From contig CAVSGG010000008.1 of assembly GCA_963727455.1 (NCBI GenBank), positions 64,001-128,000 of the forward strand: a stretch of DNA of 64,000 nt. Reading direction: 5' to 3'. Shown piece after piece: positions 57,080 to 64,000 of this stretch (positions are counted from its first letter, which is position 1; every line of letters starts with the position of its first letter). The position numbers and the translations under genes were made by a program. The stretch comes from Candidatus Krumholzibacteriota bacterium (GTDB lineage: Bacteria > Krumholzibacteriota > Krumholzibacteriia > JAJRXK01). The notes beneath the pieces are model-generated. The model saw nothing but the letters and a program-made list of their open reading frames with translations. It was not told the origin of the DNA and did no database searches.

Positions 57080-60000
57080 CTAGTTAGGGAGTTTGAGACC
57101 ATAGCGCTTGATCTTCTGCAGGATGGTGGGATAGCTGATCTTCAGCCTTCGGGCTGCCTCGCTGCGATTCCAAGCGCAGCTCTTCAGCGCTCGCTCCAGG
57201 AGGACTTTCTCGAACTGGGCGACCTCGCTCTTGAGCGGCTGAATCCGATCAAGCGCCTCCTCAGCGTCGACGGCTCCCTCGGGGTCATTTCCACCGCGGC
57301 AGAGGCTGGGCAGATGCCGGGCCTGCAGACGCTCGTCGCCGGCACTCAAGATGACCGCCCGCCGAATCACCTTCTCCAGCTCGCGGACGTTGCCCGGCCA
57401 AGAGTAGGCGCGCAAACCACTGGTAAAGGCGCGCGTCATCTGAGGGATCGGCCGCCCCAGTTCACTCGAGACGCGGTCGAGGTAGTGGCGGGCCAAGAGG
57501 AGGATGTCGTCGGCGCGCTCGCGGAGCGGCGGAACGTCGATGGGAAAATCCAGCAGGCGGTAGTACAGATCCTCCAGGAACAGGTCCTTGCGCACCATTT
57601 CTTTCAGATCGCGCATGCTCGCACTGAGTACGCGGACGTCCACGGTTTGACTCTCCCCACCACCCACCGGTCTCACTTCCTTGCTGTCCAAGAAGTGCAA
57701 GAGCTTCGCCTGCATGGGCAGGCTCATCTTGCCGATCTCGTCCAGGAAGAGGGTGCCTCCATCGGCGCTAGGAATGAGCCCCTTGCGAGTTCGATCCGCG
57801 CCGGTAAACGCACCCTTCACGTGGCCGAATAACTCGCTCTCGAGCAGGCTCTCGGGAATGGCGGCGCAGTTTAACGATACGAAGCGCTGGTTTCCGCGCG
57901 GGCTGAAGCGGTGCACCGCGTAGGCCAACAGACCCTTCCCGGTTCCGGTCTCGCCGGTGAAAAGCACGGAGTATGGAGTGGGAGCGACTTTCGCGCAGAG
58001 ACGCAGGACCTCCACCATCGCATCGCTCTCGGTGATGATGTTCTCGAAGGCCTCTTCCAAGAGGAACGCGCGATTCCCGCTGTCGCTGCGCCCGCCACGC
58101 GCCAAATCGAAGATCGGGGCGCGCAGAAGTTCCACGTAGCTCGCCGCCACCGCCAGGGCCTCGTTGTTGAATCCGCGCGGAGCACCCTTGCGCGGCGCGG
58201 TGTCGAAGTAGATCAGAGCGCGCAAGGAACCGGAACTTCCCAAGGGCAGCGCCGCGGCGGCGCCGATCTCGCGAAGCTCTTCATCCTGAAGCACGTTCCA
58301 CGTTTGGTCGGCTTGGGGATTCGTCCAGACCCTGGGGCCGGTTGCCTCGTCCAGGAGCGCGAAGACGTGACGCGCGATGGTAGCGGCGCGTCCCCGCGCC
58401 AGGTGGTGCGCCGACAGAATGCGAGGGGCCTCGCTTGCCTCCTGCACCGCCAGGAAGGCCCGATCAGCCTGTAGACGATCCGCGAGGGCCAGTAGCATGC
58501 TGCGCAGATTCCGCTCGGCATCCGGCTTTTCGGTATCCAGGAGTTCGGGAAGATCGGCCAGCGCCTGGTAGCTCGAGGAGATCGTTTCCGCGTCCTGCGA
58601 AAGTGCTTCCTCGATTTCCGCTCGCAGAGCCTGTACCTCGCCCATGAGACTTCCGTGATTCCCCGTGCAGGAGAGGCGCTCGAGTTCGTACAGAGCCAGC
58701 AGGGCTTCGTCGTATTCGCCCAAGTTCAGTTCCACGCGGGCAATATCCAGTTGCACCTGGCAGGGCGAATATTCCCCGTCCTCGTCGGGAATCTCGGACA
58801 CCTCGCGCAGGCGTGTGCGCGCCAGAAGCAACGATTCGCGTTCGGGCTGAGCCATGTGCAGATGCACTAGATCCCTCAGGATTCGCCGCATCTGGACCGG
58901 CAAGCGAAACTCGCTGACCCGATTCAGTGCCGACTCCAAGGCGTCCCGGGAGGCCTGGTACTTTCCCCGCGAGGCCAGAGCCAATCCGATCACGCGCTCG
59001 AAGAAAGGCAGCTCGAAACGCTCGCCGCAGGCCTCGGCGATGCGAACCCCCTGGTTGGCCAGAGCAAGCGCAGCTCCCTCGTCTCCCCGGCGCAGGGCCA
59101 ACTCGGCACGGCGCCGGAGAACTTCGGCCTGGATGTCACTGGCCGGGCCCATGCTCTCGGCCCGTTTCTCGGCCAGACGGTAATTGAGTTCAGCCTCTTC
59201 GAAGCGTTCCTGAGCGGCCATGAGGTCCCCCAAGAACTCGTCCGCGAGCGCGAGATCGCGGCCGGTCTGGCGACGCTCGGCCAGCACCCGGGCCTCCAGC
59301 AAATTCTGCTCGGCCTCCGAGTACCGCCCATCCTCGATGAGAATCTGTCCTTTGAGTAGTCTCAGCCGGGTGAGCCGGCTCTGATCGCCCAGATTGCGAC
59401 CCAGCTCCAGCCCTCGTTCCACTTGAGCCATGGCCTCGGCTCGCCGTCCCATCTTCCGGTAGAGCACCGCCATGCTGTTGTGAAGCACTGCGAGCTCGTG
59501 GGAATGGCCGCGGTCGCGCACGATGGTCTCGGCTTTGGAGAAGAGCTGGAGTGCGCTGGACCAACGGCATTCGTTCTTGGCCAGAGTCGCCAGGTTGATC
59601 AGGGCTTGCGCCTGACCCAGCGGGAGATCCACGCGCCGGAAGGTCGCCAGGGCATCCTGAAAGAACTCGTCGGCCTTTTCGGTGCGTCCGAGGCGGGTGG
59701 CACAGTTCCCCAGAATCATCTGGGCGTTCCCCACCTCGCGGTGTTGGTCGCTCGTGGCGAGGTCCCGGAATCCCTCCATCGCTAGGGTCTGTGCCTTGCG
59801 GTACTTGCCCTGTCGGAAGTGGACGAGAGCCCTGCGGACTCTCAACACGGCGTGAGCCAGCGCAGCGCCATTGGGAAGCAGGTTTTCGGCTTGGTTCAGC
59901 TCACGGGAGGCGTCAGAGGGAAGTCCCTGTTGAAGCAAACAGTCGCCCAGCTTGCGGTGGAGCCGGGCCAGGGTCTCCGCCGGCACGCTCCCCGCCTCAG

Positions 60001-60172
60001 CGCCACTACGCAGCGCGGAACGGTAGTACTCCATGGCCGAAGAGTACGCCGCGCCGTCATAGTGCAAGTCACCCACTTGCTCCGTACGCAACAGAGTGGG
60101 GTTCTCAGCGCTGTTGCTTGGACTTGAGGAGGAGGGCCTGAAGCCCTCGTCTCCCTCTCGAAACTCCTGCAT
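57080..60172 (-). CDS. TPR-GAF-sigma54 AAA+-Fis HTH enhancer-binding protein
   Basis: ~530 aa of TPR-like helical repeats, then a GAF-like segment, GETGTGK, LNCAAIPESLLESELFGH.KGAFTGA, TLFLDEIG, DLYYRL, WPGNVRELE and WNRSEAARRLKIS. ATG start at 60172 (the ORF track extends it to 60199). Confidence 0.93.
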   Translation of the reverse strand: MQEFREGDEGFRPSSSSPSNSAENPTLLRTEQVGDLHYDGAAYSSAMEYYRSALRSGAEAGSVPAETLARLHRKLGDCLLQQGLPSDASRELNQAENLLPNGAALAHAVLRVRRALVHFRQGKYRKAQTLAMEGFRDLATSDQHREVGNAQMILGNCATRLGRTEKADEFFQDALATFRRVDLPLGQAQALINLATLAKNECRWSSALQLFSKAETIVRDRGHSHELAVLHNSMAVLYRKMGRRAEAMAQVERGLELGRNLGDQSRLTRLRLLKGQILIEDGRYSEAEQNLLEARVLAERRQTGRDLALADEFLGDLMAAQERFEEAELNYRLAEKRAESMGPASDIQAEVLRRRAELALRRGDEGAALALANQGVRIAEACGERFELPFFERVIGLALASRGKYQASRDALESALNRVSEFRLPVQMRRILRDLVHLHMAQPERESLLLARTRLREVSEIPDEDGEYSPCQVQLDIARVELNLGEYDEALLALYELERLSCTGNHGSLMGEVQALRAEIEEALSQDAETISSSYQALADLPELLDTEKPDAERNLRSMLLALADRLQADRAFLAVQEASEAPRILSAHHLARGRAATIARHVFALLDEATGPRVWTNPQADQTWNVLQDEELREIGAAAALPLGSSGSLRALIYFDTAPRKGAPRGFNNEALAVAASYVELLRAPIFDLARGGRSDSGNRAFLLEEAFENIITESDAMVEVLRLCAKVAPTPYSVLFTGETGTGKGLLAYAVHRFSPRGNQRFVSLNCAAIPESLLESELFGHVKGAFTGADRTRKGLIPSADGGTLFLDEIGKMSLPMQAKLLHFLDSKEVRPVGGGESQTVDVRVLSASMRDLKEMVRKDLFLEDLYYRLLDFPIDVPPLRERADDILLLARHYLDRVSSELGRPIPQMTRAFTSGLRAYSWPGNVRELEKVIRRAVILSAGDERLQARHLPSLCRGGNDPEGAVDAEEALDRIQPLKSEVAQFEKVLLERALKSCAWNRSEAARRLKISYPTILQKIKRYGLKLPN

Positions 60173-60250
60173 GGCATCCCTTGGGCGAGAAGGGTTCAAC
60201 TAGAGATACCGCTTTGGGAAAAAAGCGAGCTTCCTCGACTTCGATTTGTG

Positions 60251-60604
60251 TCAGCGAGCCTCCACGATTCGAAGCGTGCTTCCTTGGATCCATTTCACGA
60301 GTCGCTGCCAGAGACTCTTCATCAACGAAGAATCGTCCGAGCTGGAACTCGTCGGAGCCCAGACTGACAGGTTTCCCCCCGTCAACTCATCGGGATCTCC
60401 ATTTTGCGTGGTCGGAGTATCCTGGATGAAAATTCCACCATGGCTTCCGGTCGATCCCCCTGGGCTCGGCGCGGGGTTGTATACGCTGTTGTCGCAATCG
60501 ACTCGCAACGAAATTTCCGCGGCAGCGGCCGGCATCACCATCCACGTCATCGTGCAGATCAAAAGAGCGATTCCAATCGTGAGGCGCTTGCTCTTGCTCA
60601 TCAT
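60251..60604 (-). CDS. Small exported protein / candidate signalling-peptide precursor
   Basis: GAGGAG RBS; Sec signal MMSKSKRLTIGIALLICTMTWMVMPAAAA; disordered middle with GDPDE; C-terminal amphipathic helix LMKSLWQRLVKWIQG. Confidence 0.75.
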   Translation of the reverse strand: MMSKSKRLTIGIALLICTMTWMVMPAAAAEISLRVDCDNSVYNPAPSPGGSTGSHGGIFIQDTPTTQNGDPDELTGGNLSVWAPTSSSSDDSSLMKSLWQRLVKWIQGSTLRIVEAR

Positions 60605-60669
60605 GGCCAAATCTCCTCAGGCAATCTTGCTCGGCTCAGGCGGTAAGGCCGCAGATTGCCTCCGGCAGA

Positions 60670-60740
60670 CCTAAATCTGTGTTGTGGATCATACCACAAA
60701 TCTAGGATACACAATACGTAGGAGCAACGCACGGGGTCAA
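60670..60740 (-). promoter_or_regulatory. Sigma70-like promoter and inverted-repeat operator upstream of the small exported protein
   Basis: TTGACC-18-TATTGT (60740-60711); CCTAAATCTGTG-N13-CACAAATCTAGG (10/12 inverted repeat), with a nested TTGTGG-N6-CCACAA. Confidence 0.5.
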
Positions 60741-60758
60741 GCGCCCCGGACCAGCTCA

Positions 60759-62123
60759 TCAGCTTGAGGTCCTCAAGCCGTAGCGCTGGATCTTCTTGTA
60801 CAAATTGCTGCGCTGCATTTGCAGTTCCTCGGCGGTTCGGCTCACGTTGTAGCCGAATTCCCGTAGCTTCCCCTGCAGGAAGATGGCCTCGCTGGCCGCC
60901 TTGAAATCGTTGAAAGTGGGGCTCGAGAAGACGTCCTCGTGCTCCCGCTTACTCCCACCCTCGCCGGCCAGGACGCTCAAGTCCTCCTCGTGAATCGTCT
61001 CGTCCGGCGCGACGATCGCCAACCGTTCCGCCAGATTTCTCAATTCACGGACATTCCCGCGCCAGGGCTGCCGTTTGAGCAGTGCCATGACCCCCCGATC
61101 GACTCCCTTGACCTTCTGCCCCATCTCCAGTGCGGCGCTCCGGAGGAAGTGAAGGAAGAGACTTTCGATGTCCTCAGGTCGTTCCCGCAAGGGGGGCAAG
61201 TGGATCTGGATGACGTTGAGGCGGTAAAAGAGGTCCTGCCGGAAGCCGGTGCTTTCATCGCTCAGCTCACGGTTCGTGGCCGAGATTACCCGCACGTCGA
61301 CGTGGATGAGATCCTGTCCCCCGACTCTCTCGAAGGTGGAGGTTTCCAGAGCCCGCAAGACCTTGGCCTGTGCGGCCTGGCTCATGTCGCCGATCTCGTC
61401 CAGGAAGAGAGTCCCCTGGTCCGCTCGTTCGAACTTTCCCAGTCGCCGCCGTTCGGCCCCGGTGAACGCGCCCCTTTCGTGTCCGAAGAGCTCGCTCTCG
61501 ATGAGGTCATCGGGAATCGCGGCGCAGTTCAGCTCCACGAAGGGGCCGCTGGCGCGCGCCGAGCGGGCGTGGATGGCACGGGCCAGAAGTTCTTTGCCGG
61601 TTCCGTTCTCCCCGGTGATGAGAACCCTCGCGGGTGTCGGGGCGACTTTCTCCAGCAACTCCTTCACGTGATGAATCGAAGGGCCGTCGCCGATGATCTC
61701 GCCGCCGCGGGCGGAGGATTCGGCAAGCTCCCGATTGGCTCGCTTCAGTCGCGAGTGCTCCTGGGCCTTCTGCACGCGGACCTTCAGAGCCTCACGCTTG
61801 AACGGCTTTTCCAGGAAGTCGTAGGCGCCCCGTCGGATGGCTTCCACTGCGTTCGCCACTGCCTCGTGCGCAGAGATCACCACCACCGGCACTTCGAGCC
61901 CCTCGTTCTGCATCACCTTCATGACTTCGAAGCCGTCCATGCCGGGCATCTTGACGTCCAGCAATAGGACTTCACAGACACCTTTGCGCAATTCCCGGAG
62001 AGCGTGCGGACCGTCCTCGGCTTCGGCCACTTCAAAACCGTCGTACTCCAGAACTTGCCGCACCATCGCGCGCAGTCCTGAATCGTCGTCCGCAATGAGG
62101 ATTCGGCCCTTCTTGGAATCCAC
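60759..62123 (-). CDS. NtrC/NtrX-family sigma54-dependent response regulator
   Basis: ILIADDD, LLDVKMPGMDG, FLEKPF, GENGTGKE, GAFTGA, WRGNVRELRN and NVSRTAEEL HTH. Confidence 0.95.
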   Translation of the reverse strand: MDSKKGRILIADDDSGLRAMVRQVLEYDGFEVAEAEDGPHALRELRKGVCEVLLLDVKMPGMDGFEVMKVMQNEGLEVPVVVISAHEAVANAVEAIRRGAYDFLEKPFKREALKVRVQKAQEHSRLKRANRELAESSARGGEIIGDGPSIHHVKELLEKVAPTPARVLITGENGTGKELLARAIHARSARASGPFVELNCAAIPDDLIESELFGHERGAFTGAERRRLGKFERADQGTLFLDEIGDMSQAAQAKVLRALETSTFERVGGQDLIHVDVRVISATNRELSDESTGFRQDLFYRLNVIQIHLPPLRERPEDIESLFLHFLRSAALEMGQKVKGVDRGVMALLKRQPWRGNVRELRNLAERLAIVAPDETIHEEDLSVLAGEGGSKREHEDVFSSPTFNDFKAASEAIFLQGKLREFGYNVSRTAEELQMQRSNLYKKIQRYGLRTSS

Positions 62124-62138
62124 TGTCTCTCCCCACGC

Positions 62139-62528
62139 TCAGAGAAGAAAATCCTCGAGTTCCTGAGCTTGCGGACCGGCGGGGCCGCGAGCCGCGAGAC
62201 TCGGGTTCTCGCTCAAGTTCAGCCAGCGCTGCAAGAAACTCTGCAACTCGAACTCAACCGTTCCAGCGCCGGCAGGCGCCCAGCGGTACACCCGCTGTCT
62301 GCCCTTGGTCTCCACGGCCAAGAGTCCGCAACGGCGGAGGATCCCCAGATGATGGGAGACCCGCGGTTGCGCAGCACCGAGTTGTCGGCAGATCTCAGAA
62401 ACCGACGCCGGCTCCTCGGCCACGAAGCTCAAGATTCGCAGGCGGAGATCGTCGCCGACTGCGGAGAGCAGCGCTGCCAAAGCGGCCTCGCCGCGCGTCT
62501 TGGTTCCTTCTATACTCTTCTTGGCCAT
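62139..62528 (-). CDS. ArsR/SmtB-family transcriptional regulator
   Basis: D..RLRIL, SVSEI...LG..QPRVSHHL..LR..GLL and GRQRVY. Confidence 0.88.
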   Translation of the reverse strand: MAKKSIEGTKTRGEAALAALLSAVGDDLRLRILSFVAEEPASVSEICRQLGAAQPRVSHHLGILRRCGLLAVETKGRQRVYRWAPAGAGTVEFELQSFLQRWLNLSENPSLAARGPAGPQAQELEDFLL

Positions 62529-62608
62529 CTCGTTCCGCGCTTCTACTACGAGTTTCGTAGCAACTTGATCCCTAGTTCCACTCAGTGTCAAGTGATCGCG
62601 AGCCCAGA

Positions 62609-63664
62609 ATGAACCCTCGCCTGCACGATCTCAGCCCCGAAGAACTCGAGGAACTCCTCGGCCGCTTGGGCGAGCCCTCCTATCGAGGCCGACAGCTCGC
62701 CCACGGTCTCTATAAGAGGAGAGTTCGATCGATCGAGGAGCTGAGCGATTTGCCGTTTAGCCTCAGAATGCGGTTGTCTGCCGAACATGGCTTCACGCAA
62801 TTGCGCCAGGTGGGCCAGACTCCGGCCGCCGACGGGACGGTCAAGCACCTCTTCGAGCTCTGGGATCGCCAGCGCATCGAATCGGTGTCCATCGAAATGG
62901 AGAAGGGCCGCCGAACCTTCTGCCTCTCCAGCCAGGTGGGCTGCAAGATGGCGTGCCTCTTCTGCGCCACCGCCCGCATGGGCCTTAAAAGACAACTCAG
63001 CCCGGGTGAGATCGTGGCGCAGGTGCTCGCGCTCAGCCGAATCCATCCCACCCGTCGCCAGGCCAACCTGGTGTTCATGGGGATGGGAGAACCCCTCGAC
63101 AACTTCGACAATCTGCAGAGCGCACTGAGAATCCTCTCGCACAGGAAGGCACTGGATATCGGCGCGCGACACATCACGATCTCCACCAGCGGTCCCCTGG
63201 AGGGAATGCGTCGGCTTCAGGAACTCGAGCGGCCGTATGGGCTCGCGTTGTCCCTGACCACCGCGTCCCCCGAAGGCCGGCGACGACTGATGCCGGTGGC
63301 GGGAAGCGAAGCCATCGAGGAGATCGTGGCACTGGCCGCCGCCCACGGACGCCGCACGGGGCGCAAGGTGACGCTCGAGTGCGTTCTGATTTCCGGCGAG
63401 AACGACAGCGAAGACGACGCACGGGCTCTCGCGGGGTTCGCCCGGAGTGGTCCCTTCAAGGTGAACCTGATTCCCCTCAACGAAATCGACGGCTTCTTTG
63501 GAAAGCGGCCGGCGGCAGATGGGGTGAAGCGCTTCGCGGATCGGCTGTGGCGTGCGGGGATCGTATGTACCGTTCGTGATAGTGCCGGGCGAGAAGTCGC
63601 TGCCGCATGCGGTCAGCTGGTGCAGAAAAGCAAGCGATCCGCCCCCTCCAGCTCGCGCGTCTAG
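62609..63664 (+). CDS. rlmN: 23S rRNA m2A2503 / tRNA m2A37 radical SAM methyltransferase RlmN
   Basis: CLSSQVGCKMACLFCAT, VFMGMGEPL, ITISTSG, VNLIPLN and AACGQL. Confidence 0.95.
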   Translation: MNPRLHDLSPEELEELLGRLGEPSYRGRQLAHGLYKRRVRSIEELSDLPFSLRMRLSAEHGFTQLRQVGQTPAADGTVKHLFELWDRQRIESVSIEMEKGRRTFCLSSQVGCKMACLFCATARMGLKRQLSPGEIVAQVLALSRIHPTRRQANLVFMGMGEPLDNFDNLQSALRILSHRKALDIGARHITISTSGPLEGMRRLQELERPYGLALSLTTASPEGRRRLMPVAGSEAIEEIVALAAAHGRRTGRKVTLECVLISGENDSEDDARALAGFARSGPFKVNLIPLNEIDGFFGKRPAADGVKRFADRLWRAGIVCTVRDSAGREVAAACGQLVQKSKRSAPSSSRV

Positions 63665-63701
63665 GGCGAAAGTAGCGCCACCCAATTCTCGCAGAATCGG
63701 A

Positions 63702-64000
63702 TCAGGAGTGAGTCTGCGCCGCGAGTTCTTTGGGAACCACGCGCCGGTGGAAGGAACCGAAGCGGCTGCCGATCACGCACCCATAACCCAAACTCAGGGC
63801 CAAGAACTTCAGAACGAGGTCCACGTTGCGCGCCAACGCCATTCCCTCTCCTCCCGGAGAGAAGATCAATGCGAAGACCACCAAGAAGATGGCCGGACCT
63901 TCCAGCACGATGAGACCCAGGAGGATGCTCTGCCAGCTGAGGGGCTCGCTGCCCGGGCGTAGCGCGCGGAGAATACGCTCACCTAGCAGACGGCAGGTGA
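63702..64000 (-). CDS. Membrane protein, C-terminal part (starts beyond the window)
   Basis: Frame open to the window edge: LLGERIL...ILLGLIVL...GYGCVIGSRFG. Resembles the C-terminal TM region of bactofilin/polymer-forming-domain membrane proteins. Confidence 0.55.
   Translation of the reverse strand, partial: TCRLLGERILRALRPGSEPLSWQSILLGLIVLEGPAIFLVVFALIFSPGGEGMALARNVDLVLKFLALSLGYGCVIGSRFGSFHRRVVPKELAAQTHS

Noticed and set aside
60670-60706. Tandem NrdR boxes
   Set aside because: Each arm misses a conserved position and no nrd gene is adjacent; kept only as an unassigned inverted repeat.

Overview
GC-rich bacterial chromosomal segment, almost entirely encoded on the minus strand, with no rRNA, tRNA, CRISPR array or intact mobile element detected. 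The gene content suggests a diderm FCB-group organism such as Ca. Krumholzibacteriota, Latescibacterota or Eisenbacteria (inference): PorV-like barrels, T9SS/FlgD-like C-terminal sorting domains, lpxH, two-subunit glyQ/glyS and a short sigma70. The housekeeping core is ppdK, glyQS, recO, mgtE, ybeY, pgpH-like HD, phoH, aspS, amidase, M23, a sigma factor, htrA, lpxH and rlmN. Four accessory loci stand out. (1) 57.1-60.7 kb: a small exported precursor-like protein immediately upstream of a ~1030-aa TPR-GAF-AAA+-HTH sigma54 activator. This is a candidate RRNPP-like peptide-sensing system wired to sigma54. It is followed by two sigma54 promoters, one with a consensus IHF site and a ~380-nt structured putative non-coding transcript. 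(2) 1.1-14.6 kb: a sigma54-promoter-led, translationally coupled operon encoding a 2850-aa Ig-repeat surface protein, a PorV-TPR fusion, a membrane RsbW-kinase/HAMP/PP2C protein ending in a transposase-like HTH, and a STAS protein. (3) 48.5-53.1 kb: an M6-like pseudo-protease with FG-GAP repeats in the 'porU position' upstream of porV. (4) 18-25 kb: two paralogous large lipoproteins plus a BNR-propeller protein with a sorting domain. All calls come from reading motifs by eye; no database searches were run.
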